DNA of 61,267 bases, counting the filler. It is 10 parts of 10 records of this genome, joined end to end, with 100 filler letters (N's around TTAATTAATTAA, not from the genome) between each part and the next. Parts side by side here need not be neighbours in the genome. Positions count along the whole stretch, not along the records: positions 42,045 to 49,168 come from SRR7504441_11107; positions 49,269 to 52,456 come from SRR7504441_11117; positions 52,557 to 57,272 come from SRR7504441_11121; 7 more parts are not named here. The stretch is one strand, 5' to 3'. Both the position numbers and the translations under genes were made by a program. The notes under the pieces were generated by a model, which did no database searches, was not told the DNA's origin, and saw only the letters and a list, made by a program, of their open reading frames with translations. Below, piece by piece: positions 43,537 to 55,252 of this stretch. Each line of letters starts with the position of its first letter. Position 1 is the first letter of the stretch.

Positions 43537-46048
43537 ATGCGCCGCATGGTGTTGTTGAGTTTGGCTCTGGCGATCCCTTTGGTTTCAACAGCGTTGGTGT
43601 GCGACGACGCTGATGGCTGTATGCTATCCAACACTGCCGTGGTCGCTGCAAGCGCTGCTGAGACCTTAGCACAGCCCACAGAGATCAGTAGCACGAATAT
43701 CGCGCTCTCAGTTGACGAGTGTACCGTTGAAATCGCGCACTTTGGGAGCTTCACCTCACGGTGTTATTGCTACGGGGATGATGGATGCAAGCTCACTGGG
43801 CCGACTCTCAAAATGACCCAGGGTTCTACAGTATCGCTCACTCTGACCAACAACCTCGCCGCTGAGACGAGCACGAAGGCTGTAGAGATGAATACGATGC
43901 ACAACCCGCAGAGCACCAATCTGCACACACACGGTCTAATATCCAGCGGCTGTGTTGGTTGAGAGCTGAAGGAAGTGTGCAGGTCTGCACGTTGACCCAG
44001 CAGTCGACTCTATCTTCGTCCACTTGGACCCTGGCCAGAGTTACACTTACAACTACGAGATCCCAGCAACCCATCATCCAGGGTTCCACTGGTACCAGTA
44101 AGTGAACTACGAATCACATTCTGCCACTTGAGCTGTCCTGATTGTTGATGTTTGCAGTTCGCACCAACATGGTACCTCGACGATGCAGGTGATGGGCGGT
44201 CTGGTCGGCGGCATTTCTATTGAAGCGGCCGATTCATCTGACTTGCCGACTGCAATGACGGCTATGGATAGAGTTACAATGGTGTTTCAGCATGTGGCGA
44301 TCACGAACGCGGATACCTCCACCGATCCCTTCACTGTGTGGACGCTAGAAACACTTAAATCAGCGACAGGAGCCACAGCCTCATGGGATGCCCAATATAC
44401 CAATACTGATCTTACAGGTATTACCCGGTTGAATCAGCCCAGTCTGTTCTGATATATTGGTGGCAGATATATATACAGTCAATGGACAGTATCAGCCTAA
44501 GCTCGAAATGCAGCCAGGGGAGTGGAAGCTGTTTGATATTGTCAATGCATGTGGCGACCGGATTCTGGAGCTCGAGATCAACGATGAGTTGAAACCATCC
44601 GATGTAGGTGACCCGACAGGCACAACAGTCTCGTCGGCTTGCACAACTTACCTGGTTGCCACTGATGGCGTATACCTAGAGACTCCTCGTACAGGCGACT
44701 ATGTTAATCATCTTGTGGTTATCCAAGGCCAGCGCGTCACGATTGCTGTCAAATGCTCTGAGGCAGGTGATTACTTGCTTCAGAGCAGCTACAGCAGCAG
44801 TGTGATGAACTATGAGGTGGCAACAATCCAGAACCTTGTGACTCTGTCCGTCTCCGGCAGCAGCACATCAATGATAGGGCCCGATGACAACAGCTGGGAC
44901 CAGTCACAGATCCCCAAGCCATGGTACTACGGTGTTAGCACTTCTGAGGTCAATGCGGACAGTGCACTGTCAGTGTCCGTAGAGCAGACAGGCTGTTGTG
45001 GCTCAGACACTGACACAGGTTCTCCTCAGTACTGGCTAGGGGTCGGAACTGACTGCAGCCTAGCTTGCTTTGGACGCAATGACTGTGATGCTCTGTGCAC
45101 CACTGGTGCTTGTACTGATGGTACATCCAAGTGTGATGGCACTGATAAGTATGGAACATGTGACGGCACGGAGTGGGCAGGGGTTCAGAGTTATGATCAA
45201 TGTTCATACAAGTCATTTGACGGGGAACAGGGTGCAACCGGATCGTACAGCTTCAGTGCTCAAGTCGGTCAGGTTGCTGAAGTGGTGCTGAATGGTAGAG
45301 GCAAGGCCCCACATCCTATGCACATCCATGTCAACCATTTTCAGTTCTTGTATTATACCAATGACAAAGGGGTTACAACAACAGAAGGTTGGATGGGGTT
45401 GGCAGGAGACTGGAGAGATACATTCCCTGCCATGGCTGGTACTGTCCACCTGTTGACTGCGTTTGCCGATTTCTCTGGAGAGATTGTAAGCTGCACTTCT
45501 TCCCTGAATGTAGGGTTGACTGGGGACATGGTGTGCAGGTGATGCATTGTCACTTTCTCAAGCACGAAGATCTCGGCATGATGGATACATTTTATGTGGC
45601 AAGCTCAGGCTCGACTCCTACACAGGCACCAACAAGCGAGCCCACTAATGGCGACACTTGCAAGGCGTGGTGCGCAACCAAGGTAGAAGAGGGATCAAAC
45701 ACTTGGGACCAATTGTGCACTTGGGAAAAATGCCAAGATTGTGAAGAGTGCACTAGCAGTACCGATACTGATAGTACGACTCCAGCACCAACTCCAGCAC
45801 CAACTGCTGCGGAGAGTGAAGTAGTAGTAGAGGCATGCGCAGAAGGCACTGACGATACTGGCCAAACTTGTCCTCCAGATACCACAAACGGCGCGTGTCC
45901 ATCAGGTTGTGAACTCGACTCTCTTCTAGAGGACGTGTGGACAGAGGCGAACATGGAGGAGAAAGGTGTGACACTGAAGCTGCCAATGGCACCGGCTTCT
46001 ACTTTAGTGAATGACCATAGACGAAGCTTCCAAGCTATCGACGAATGA
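43537..46048 (+). CDS. Secreted three-domain multicopper oxidase with Cys-rich C-terminal modules; 4 introns
   Basis: NLHTHG|LH, FHWYH|SHQHG, PHPMHIHVN, VMHCHFLKHEDLGMM: all four copper motifs present. Confidence 0.92.
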
Positions 46049-46247
46049 ATTGAACACTATAAAATCATTAGTACATTGTTATACAAGTGTTGACCGTTTA
46101 CTTGTTCAACTATTTTTATAAACTCTCTACTGTCAGCTGACTGTCCAATTATACTGTCCGTAGATCTACCAGGTAGTTTTTAGACTAAACTTGCCGTTGT
46201 ATCGTGCCGAGGGACGCGCTCGAGAGCCGAAGACTCGCAGGCGGGGG

Positions 46248-49011
46248 ATGGAGAAGGAGTCGGATCTTTGGGCCAGGGACAGCCCCTTGCTGGCTGGACT
46301 CCTCACTCCGGACCCGGAGACGCGCAAGGCCGCCCTGGAGGATTGGGCAAACTACTTCTCGGACCCTGCGCGGGTCAACCTTCGCAGCCCCACGCTCCGG
46401 TGAGCGGCCTGTAGCGCCTCATGCGGGGCTAACTCGGCTCGAGCCGTCCCTAGTCTGTCCCTCCCCTGGACATGGCATCCTGTTCGGGCTGACTCGCCGG
46501 CTGCAGGTACCTGGCCTCTGAGGCGCCGGTGCCGGTGATTCGGCAAGTGTGCCTCGATTTGCTCGGGCTGCCGCACCCCTGCCCCGTGGCCGCACCCTCG
46601 CACTTTATCGACGAGACTCTGTTTCAGTACGAAGCGATGCCGGATGACACGCTGGGGGTCCTGTGCGACGGGTTTGCCAGCACGGGCAGGGTGCTCAACA
46701 TCGAGCGGGTGATGGCATTGCATCCAGAGTATCTGCGTACGGTCCGCCGGTCAGTGCGAGTGCGAGCGCGCAGGTCTGAGCTGATGTCGCAGGACGCACC
46801 AAGCAATACTGTATGAATCTGGGCCGCTGCCGGTGCCGTGGCGCTTTTACATTGTGATAATGGTGAGGCTCGCGTGGCGTGCTGATCCCAGCCTGGTTCC
46901 TGCGTGTGACTGCAGGCAGCGGCGCAGCTCGACTCGGACTACGTGGTTCAAGTGTTTCGGCGGGAGTTTAAGGAGCAGGGCGGCGATCCAGACTGGCTGC
47001 AGGGTGAGAGAATCCACTCGGCGAGCCCTGAGCCGGCTTGCAGGGGCGCACGCTGCTCCGTCCAAGCTGCAGAAACTGCTCCCTGTGCGGGCCAGGGGCT
47101 ACGGCCTAATTGACGAGTTGTGTGCAGGTGCTGTCAGTGCTGGCGCACCAGCCATGGCTGCTCACGCCGGACTGCATCGAAGGGGTGCTCACGGTTACAG
47201 CCAGTTTAGCAGACTCCGACTCACAGAGGCACAGGGCGAGGCGTGGTCTACCGGAGAGTTCGTCCATGCCTTGGTGAACCACCGGCCTGTGTAGCTGTGC
47301 TGCATGAACTCTGGGGTCCCAGAATCTTATCGTGTGCTCCCAGGCTCTCGCGGCAACGGGGCTGATGCTCGCAATGCTTGCAAGTGGTTGTGGTGCAACA
47401 CAAGAGGTCAGCAAAGCGTCCATTGCCATCTGTCAGCTGAGCGTTTGATGTTAGATGTCGCTTCACATGTTTGATGTGTGTAAGGGAGCTAATGCAGAGA
47501 AGGATCTGGGACAGCCCTTGGTCAGACAAGATTCTGGCGGTGCTCTAGGAAGCAACCAGCCGGATCGATTTATATGTGTGCCAGGGCTGGGGGTGACACC
47601 CAGGTCTACTGTGGACGTTGCGGAGACGATGCAAGTTGCAGAAAAGCTGCAGCAAGGGGTTAGCAAGTGACTCATCACGATAATCCAGCCTTCTTGAGAG
47701 TGACTCTGGGCGGGAAATAGGTGGAAGCAGCACGAGGAGGAGCCTATGATGGACGTGTTCCTGCACAGCGACACTGCGGACAAGGATGGCGAACCGTATC
47801 ACAGCCCGAGTGAAGCCGCAGTATTCCGCGCTCGCTAACAATCCACAGGTATGCGCAGAGCGTCGCCTGTCAGCACAGGCCTCTCGTGTTATACTGGCGA
47901 TCATGTTCAAGAGCATCAGGTGCTCATTGTTGAAGCGTGGTAACTTACAATCTGCTCTGTAGGATTTCGACTGCAGCTCGCCGGATTATGGTGCCAGGCT
48001 GTGACCTAGCAGCTTCCACACTGGGGGCTGCACCAGGTATCTATCACGTCGAGGATTTTCCGTGGGCCGATGATGTTGTCCCGCTTTTAGACCGGTGTCT
48101 TGTCAATAGCTGCTCCTGCTGAGCAGCTGTGCAGGTACTACACAGGCGTGGGAACCTTGCTTGATGAGCAGTACCGTACCATCTTTGACCTCACATATAA
48201 CACGTGCATGCCCCTCTATCTTCGCATTATTGCTCTTGGCTGGAGGGCTCTACGAGCCTTCCTAGTCATATAGCTGTGGCATGTTGTTGCTTTCCTAATA
48301 CTCGTGTGCCAGGTTTCGAGAGCTTGAAGGAGTAGATACCCAACCATTTAGGTCAGCCACTTATTGTTCACTCAGTGCATAGTAATGCCTCCTCCTTGAA
48401 TGAGCTAGGCATCACTGTGATTCTTTGAAGAACTGAATCTGTTTATGCAGGCACGCCATCTGGTTTTATGTGCAACGCATCACTGGACAATTCCACGATG
48501 ACTACGATTACAGAGAGGTATATCGAGGGTTTACTTCTAAGACTTTCTAGCAAGTACTGTTGTTGCCTAGCAGAGTGAAAATAGTCTCCGCAAATGTAGG
48601 AAGTCCGGCGGTTGACAGGGCTGGGGGGCAGGTCAATCTCTTGGTGAATCGCGACTTCAAGAATTATTGCAAGAAGGTGACTCGGAAAGCCTTCAACAGC
48701 TGATAGTTTTGCACCGAGCGCTAGACTTAGTGTTCCCTCATGCTGAGATTTGGCAGGTCACGTGTATGCCTTGTGAGACCACAATTGATGATTTTCACAA
48801 TTTGGGGTGAGCAACTGTGATGTGATATGATATAGTTATTGATGTGCCTTGGGTTGTCGGATGCACTCGGCTCATCAACTGGTGGTGGTACAGGATTGAT
48901 TTGCCGGCAATAGAGAAAGTCCACGCAGTGCTCATTGCAATCGAGGCTCGGAAGTATAGCACACTAATGTATGGAGTGAGGGCGTTGAACCAATATAAGA
49001 ACAGATACTAA
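46248..49011 (+). CDS. SESN: Sestrin (PA26 family), highly intron-rich
   Basis: GRVLNIERVMALHPEYL, GPLPVPWRFYIVIMAAA, GGDPDWL, LAHQPWLL, WSTGEFVHAL, DDYDY, EKVH..LIAIEARK..LMYG. Confidence 0.9.
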
Positions 49012-49268
49012 GTTCACTAAATCAATAATTATGTTCTGCCGAGGGCAGCTTCACGTACCTATTCGAATTCCATGCTTTATCCGTTGATCTAACGTACTCA
49101 AGTCTATTCTCTATCCGAGGGCTTGCCGAGGATTCTGTAGTTGAACTCTCCAATGTGGGAGGTCCGGANNNNNNNNNNNNNNNNNNNNNNNNNNNNNNNN
49201 NNNNNNNNNNNNTTAATTAATTAANNNNNNNNNNNNNNNNNNNNNNNNNNNNNNNNNNNNNNNNNNNN

Positions 49269-49381
49269 TTTATCTCTGGAAGCACAACAAGCAGCCTGCC
49301 CAGAAAAACGGGGCGCCAGCCACGCCACATGTGATCACGATGGATATCGGAGTGGTCACAAATCCGATGCATTCCAAATAG
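49269..49381 (+). CDS. 3' end of a probable single-pass membrane protein
   Basis: YLWKHNKQ...DIGVVTNPMHSK*, a cytoplasmic tail similar in style to that of the convergent neighbour. Confidence 0.45.
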
Positions 49382-49804
49382 CAAATGCCACAGGAGTAAA
49401 TACGACTCCACCCGAGTAGACCGAGCCCACCCAAGCGCACAAGAAGCCACACCGCGAGTGTCCACACTTATGTACTTGTAATGTAATTGTTTGCGCTTCA
49501 ATACACATACTTGTATAGCACACAAATAGAAATCGTCGATATCAGTTGACATTGTTCAAATGACATTGTGTTCAAATTTGAGTAAATTATAATTGATTGC
49601 AACAATGCCCTCCGGCTGTGTTCTCTCGGCGATCTTGCCGTGTACACCCTCTGCACGTGGTACTGTCTAAACTACATGCACACATTATGCATTATTACCA
49701 CTTCATGTACATGTAATACAACTTCATCTCGAGAATTGTTTATTACGGTAGATATAAATTACAAACTGGTTTTGTGCTCGTTCTAGTTGCGGTTGCAGCT
49801 CTAA

Positions 49805-51979
49805 CTACTTCTCCTCGTCGGCGTCGAATACCGGGTTCATGGCTATGCCAGTGACCTGGACCACCTGGACCACTCGGGCAGACTTGGGTGTCAAATGAGC
49901 AGCCTCCTCCCCAGCCTCCGCGGCCCGCGTGTGCTTATTATACAGGTAAACAAGTGCTCCGGCCACAAGCACCCCAATCAGCAGCACTGCCACGCCTGTT
50001 GACACAGCCAATATGATCAGAGCCGATTGCTGGCCATCGTCGCTGCTGCTGCCACTGACTTGGTCCACCCCAGTGATGGCTGCAGTGATCCTGTCAGGCT
50101 GCTGTCCGGTGTATCCGTTGCTTTGGAGGTAGCTCCCTAGCATCAAGCTCAGCGTGCTGTTGCTAGTGGTGCCCAAGTTGTAGAGCACCTTGTATGCGTC
50201 CGCGGGGCTTGACGCCTTGATCTTGAGCGCCGCGCTGTCGCTGCCAGCTTTGCTGGCTGAGACCTCAGAGCCTTCAAATAGGCTGCTGCCGGCCCACGAG
50301 CTGACTTGGTCGACCATCTCGTCCCCCGCCGTGTCGGGAGCCTCCGCCCCTGCTAATTCGGGGGCGGTGGCGTTGCTATAGTATATGTTGACGCCCACAG
50401 TGATCAGCACGGCGCCCAGGGCGATCGCCAGCAGCGCCTTGAAGTACCACGACTCTAGGAACACAGCAAATTCCGTACGCGGGCAGACACCGCCCTCGTC
50501 CTGCAAGCTGACCGCTGGGTTGCGGTGGCAGCCTCCGTCGGGGATGGTGAGCGGAGAGGTTGGGCGGTTGTTCAGGTCCGACGCCAACTGATCCGGGCTG
50601 GTCCACTCGACGCTGAACAGTGATTGCCCGATCGCATGCAGCGTGTGTGTCAGCATGCCGCACAGCCCGCCGATGGCAGTAGGCCGGGTCCCTGCAAGCA
50701 GCATGCCGTCCCCAAGCCCGATCTCGAGTCCAAATGGCAACGTCAGCTTGTCCACGTGAGCAGCTGCGGTGACGGCCTTGACACTCGAGTAGCCCAGAAA
50801 TTCCTTGCACACCTCATGCACCAGGCTCGCATTCGCATCGGCCACTCCGTAGGAGCAGCTGGTGCCCACGTCAACTCCGAAGGCCTTGAACGGATCGAAC
50901 GCGTGGTGATAGTCGCGTATGTTGGGATAGAAGCGAGTGGGGTCCACGTCGTTGAGCAGGTCAGCAGGCGACAGCTTACCGTAGAGTTGGCGCGGGAAGC
51001 ATCCGGGCCCGGGAGCGGCCGCAAATGTGACGACATTCCAGATCTTCTTGTACTTCTTCTGGGCGTACATCGCGGCCAGTTGCGCGTGCACTCCGCCCTG
51101 CGAGAATCCGCTGAACAGCAGCTCTGTATCGGGCTCCATGTCCTTATGCAGCTGATCTACCAGCCACCGAATGATTGGCCACTCTCCGTACTTATCCGCT
51201 TCCTCCTCTGTGAAGCTCAGGTTCTTCAGGCCCGCCTGCTGGACAGCCTCGTGCAGCAGCCGCGCCCTGTCGCCCTGGTGCAGATCGGTCTGCGACAAAA
51301 GGTGAATCATCGACCTCCAGAAATCATCTTTCAGGTTCTCGCCCAGGCTCGAGAGGTCCTGGTAGTCCCCCAGCAGCCCGGCTCGCTCCCACTGCCGCTT
51401 GTAAGTCTCCGAGAACTTCTGCAGCCCGTAGTACGTAGCGTATAGCTCGAGGTTCGCCCACTCGCCCGCGTTGAAAGTGCTCGGGAAGAGCACGATCTTG
51501 GTCTTGTTGCGCGGGCTGAACACCCGGGCCACAGGGCCGGTGCCGTTGGCCAGCTCGCTCCCGGGGATCTTGAAAGGGTCCACCATCTGGTCGGCCAGCT
51601 GCGGCTCTCCGTATGCCCGCTGGTGCGCCTCGCTCCAGCTCTTCAGTTGGGGGTCGACAGCCCTGACGAGGGTGGCCGCCAGCGGATCGCCCAGCGCCAG
51701 CTCCCTGGCCCCGCCCGGCTCGGCGTAGTTGAATAACTTCCTCCAGTTGCGCTTGTTCACCTGTTCCATATTGGGCAGTTGCTGGACCAGCTGGAATATG
51801 GCCCGCACGTTGGCCTCTGAGAACACGTTGGGCCCAGTCGCCTGGATCCGGTGCGCGTCCTGGTTGTCGACGCACTCCCCGTCCGAGCACTGGGCGGAGT
51901 GATTCAAGGAGGAGGCCAGCGAGGGAGCGGCCAGCAACGCGAGCGCGGCCCACAAGAGGCAGTGCGGTGCGGGGGCCAT
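49805..51979 (-). CDS. Membrane-anchored class-3-lipase-like alpha/beta hydrolase
   Basis: Signal peptide; GFSQGG nucleophile elbow; VVTFAA; HAFDP; two C-terminal TM helices. Confidence 0.75.
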   Translation of the reverse strand: MAPAPHCLLWAALALLAAPSLASSLNHSAQCSDGECVDNQDAHRIQATGPNVFSEANVRAIFQLVQQLPNMEQVNKRNWRKLFNYAEPGGARELALGDPLAATLVRAVDPQLKSWSEAHQRAYGEPQLADQMVDPFKIPGSELANGTGPVARVFSPRNKTKIVLFPSTFNAGEWANLELYATYYGLQKFSETYKRQWERAGLLGDYQDLSSLGENLKDDFWRSMIHLLSQTDLHQGDRARLLHEAVQQAGLKNLSFTEEEADKYGEWPIIRWLVDQLHKDMEPDTELLFSGFSQGGVHAQLAAMYAQKKYKKIWNVVTFAAAPGPGCFPRQLYGKLSPADLLNDVDPTRFYPNIRDYHHAFDPFKAFGVDVGTSCSYGVADANASLVHEVCKEFLGYSSVKAVTAAAHVDKLTLPFGLEIGLGDGMLLAGTRPTAIGGLCGMLTHTLHAIGQSLFSVEWTSPDQLASDLNNRPTSPLTIPDGGCHRNPAVSLQDEGGVCPRTEFAVFLESWYFKALLAIALGAVLITVGVNIYYSNATAPELAGAEAPDTAGDEMVDQVSSWAGSSLFEGSEVSASKAGSDSAALKIKASSPADAYKVLYNLGTTSNSTLSLMLGSYLQSNGYTGQQPDRITAAITGVDQVSGSSSDDGQQSALIILAVSTGVAVLLIGVLVAGALVYLYNKHTRAAEAGEEAAHLTPKSARVVQVVQVTGIAMNPVFDADEEK

Positions 51980-52835
51980 GCCGCCGAGGGCCAGCCGCCT
52001 ATCTCTTGCGATGTGAGTAACCTCAACGGCAGACACACTGATGCTGAGTACTGATGGCCTGCCCGGCGCTGAACTCGGGCATGCCGCGATGCCGCCCCGC
52101 CGACCCGCGCTTCCGCTTGGGGCCGGGACGGCCGGGTCGGCGGCCGAGGCCGCACTACATCCTTCTAGCGACTTGAAACGTTAGAACGGGTCTAAAACCA
52201 TCCCATAGGAGTCCATAGACGTAGTACCGACCGGTATGCTTCGTATGCTTGAGATGAAGTCAGTTCATGAAGATCTACGAGATCTATACGAGTATCTAAC
52301 GAATATCATCCGATGAGATACACGCTTTTAGTGATCGATCGGTGAGCACTACGGATTATACGGATCGAGGTGAATAAAAGAATCTATTGATCACCTCTCG
52401 TGGTCCCAAGCTACTACCTCACGTACGTAACTCCCTCGTGAAGTAGCGAAGTAGCCNNNNNNNNNNNNNNNNNNNNNNNNNNNNNNNNNNNNNNNNNNNN
52501 TTAATTAATTAANNNNNNNNNNNNNNNNNNNNNNNNNNNNNNNNNNNNNNNNNNNNGGAGGCCCAGATCTGCCTGAACAGCTACACTAGCAAAGAAAAAT
52601 GCCCTGCCTAGCCCTGCTCAGTGCTCGGCCATAGCTATTATGCTTTTTATGCATACATGATTGTATTCATGACACGGATTAGACTCGGATTGATTTTGTA
52701 AGTAGAGAGTGATAGTTGGTACATTACGGTACCATTACAGAGCGATTAATCGAGCTGCTAATGATTGTGTAGCTTATGTGCATGGTACTCGCTCGAATTA
52801 GCTCGAGTGAAGATCGAATCACCGACTTGTGTTAC

Positions 52836-54365
52836 CTAGCGTGCACCATTGGGATGGGCGGCGGCCATCATCTGGGCAGCTCTAGCCCCAACCAGCATGC
52901 AGCTGGCTGCGGTCGGGGCGCGTGGGTGCACCGGGAGCGCCGATCCGTCGCACACTCGGAGTTGTTGGATCCCTCGCACCCGCAGCTCCGAGTCGAGGCA
53001 GTGCCCGATTGAGCAGCTGCCTGTCGGGTGGAAGTAAGTCGCACAGTTGGCCCGCCAGTGCTGCTGGTCGGTCAGCGGTCCCGGCAGCAGACAGACCACC
53101 CCGGGCAGCCTGGCCGCGATCGCCCTCACCGTGCCCAGCCCGCGCCGGATGGCCGCCTGGTCGGCCGGGCTGCCGAGGATGTTCGGGTCCACCAGCGGCG
53201 GATCAGCTGGATCTGCTGAACTGATCCGGACGGAGCCGCGGCTGGTGGGCGCGGCTAGAGACAGATTGAGCGCCACCACCCCGGTGAACAGCCCGGCCAG
53301 CCCGGGGCAGAGCCGGAGCATAGCCGTGAGCAGCCAGGCCAAGCCACTCGCGACCAGCCAGAGAGCGGCCCAGAGCCTCCCAGGCCTGTTGAGCGGGTTT
53401 GTAAGGCCCCACCCGGCGATCCAGCCGGCTGACTGGCCGTCCACGAAGTCGATCCGTGTGTGCTCGTGGTACAGCCAGCCTTGGACCGAGTTCGGGCTCA
53501 GCGAGCGGCCGGGCGGCGGCCAGCCCATCTGGAGCATCACGCAAGGGAGCAGCGGATGGTCCACCAGTCGCTCGCCCACAGGCAGCTCGAGCACCAACGG
53601 TACCCCGTGGGCCGCCAGCAGCTCGGCCGGCCCGATCCCGGAGAGCTGGAGCAGCTTGGGCGAGTCGATCGCCCCGCAGCACACGGCCACTTCGCGAGCC
53701 GCCCGCACCAGCCGCCCGCCCTCCAGCCACACCCCGACCGCCGCCCCACCGTCCAGCGCTAGCCGCTCGGCCTTCCCGCGCACCAGCCGCACGTTCGGCC
53801 GGTCCGCCCCGAGCAATCCGAACAGATCGGCCCGCCGGCCGTTGGCGATGGTCGCCCGATACTGCCGGGTGAGCCCCGGCCCCGCCCACACCCCGTCGCC
53901 AGGCCCAGCGGCCAGCCCACACGCCTCGGCCGCGGCAGCCACTGCGTCGCCGAACTGGCCGAGTCGGATGGTCTCGAGCCCGAGGCGTTGCTCGATCTTG
54001 TCGAACAGCCTGCCGACCTGCTCCGGCGGCCAGCCGGTGGCCACCCAGTCCGACTCGAACCCGCGGGACCAGAGCATCGCGTTGAGCAGCCCGCTCCCGC
54101 CCAGCCCGCGCCCCCGGCTGTACAGCAGCCGCCGCTGGCTCAGCCCGGTCTGCGGCTGGCTCCAGTACCGCCAGTCCAGCGGTCCGCCGAGCTGCTCCGG
54201 CCACCGCCACGGCTCCCACACGCTAGCCCCGTCCGCAACCCGCGGGCCCGGCTCGATCAGACCGATCGTAGCCGCCGGCAGCGCCTCGGCCAGCTCGCCG
54301 GCCAGCGCGCAGCCGGCTGCCCCGGCACCGACCACGATGTAGTCAAAGTCGAGGTCGCCGGCCAT
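52836..54365 (-). CDS. GMC oxidoreductase (FAD)
   Basis: FDYIVVGAGAAG, RGRGLGGSGLLN, GAIDSPKLLQLSGIG, TYFHPTGSC, LRVCDGS; intronless. Confidence 0.92.
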   Translation of the reverse strand: MAGDLDFDYIVVGAGAAGCALAGELAEALPAATIGLIEPGPRVADGASVWEPWRWPEQLGGPLDWRYWSQPQTGLSQRRLLYSRGRGLGGSGLLNAMLWSRGFESDWVATGWPPEQVGRLFDKIEQRLGLETIRLGQFGDAVAAAAEACGLAAGPGDGVWAGPGLTRQYRATIANGRRADLFGLLGADRPNVRLVRGKAERLALDGGAAVGVWLEGGRLVRAAREVAVCCGAIDSPKLLQLSGIGPAELLAAHGVPLVLELPVGERLVDHPLLPCVMLQMGWPPPGRSLSPNSVQGWLYHEHTRIDFVDGQSAGWIAGWGLTNPLNRPGRLWAALWLVASGLAWLLTAMLRLCPGLAGLFTGVVALNLSLAAPTSRGSVRISSADPADPPLVDPNILGSPADQAAIRRGLGTVRAIAARLPGVVCLLPGPLTDQQHWRANCATYFHPTGSCSIGHCLDSELRVRGIQQLRVCDGSALPVHPRAPTAASCMLVGARAAQMMAAAHPNGAR

Positions 54366-54394
54366 GATGAGGGTGCAGATTCCGTTGGGCTACA

Positions 54395-54915
54395 ATGCCG
54401 GACCCGCACCTGATCACCTCGACGGTGATCCAGACCCGGTGCCATGGGGGCGGGCGGGCGGGCAGTACGGGGGCGGGCAGGGTGAAGGAGCACATGCGGG
54501 GGCTGATCCAGGGGCTGGTGGCCAAATGGCCCGGGGCCGGCGAGGACTGGTGGGGAGACAAACCGGCCGAGAGGGACGCGCTGCTCCAGGCCTGCATTAG
54601 GGCCTGCAAGCAGTTCGCGGCCGAGGATTACCTGTTCCAGGCGGCCACGGGCCCGGCACTGGCTGACGGCGTTGGCAGAACTACCAGGTGATGATCCAAG
54701 CCAGCTTGATCCTGGACAACGTCCCCTGGACTAAAGGCGACCCGCACCCCCGTCGGGCCCGATCCCGGACAGGCTCGCGGCCCAACCCGATGCGCGACCC
54801 GGAGCACGGCTTCTTCTTCACCTTCGACTGGCGCAGCCCCAAGGAAAGGGTGATCATCACAATGGCCGTCTTCGGGTTCGAGCGCAGGTCTTGCGGCGGC
54901 TGCGCGCTCATGTGA
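54395..54915 (+). CDS. Tctex-1-type dynein light chain-like protein ending in CaaX (CALM); 2 introns
   Basis: Two helices, then YQVMIQASLI...RDPEHGFFFTFDWRS..VIITMAVFG; GC-AG intron 54641-54678. Confidence 0.55.
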
Positions 54916-55252
54916 GCCACTCCGTGCGGCGCCTCCAGGGCCGCCAGCGGTGTGTGTCGGCGGCGGCAGTCAGAGTCCGCACTGGATGGTTTGCTCGACG
55001 TCTGCGCCGCCAAACCGTTAGGAGCGCTTTTGGCCATATTATTAATTAAAACGCCAATAGGTATGTACTTGGATTGAGCAGCTTTACTTCAGCTCAGGCA
55101 GTCACTTATGGCATGGCCAGTTGGGTGTCACCTCTTAATGTTACGAGTGGTATGCAGCTCCGATGATCATTCAATTTCGTACAAACGCAGGCGACCTATC
55201 ACAGTACTTGTGTCGTTATTTCAACGGCGGTGGTCGGGTCGGGCCGTCGGGG

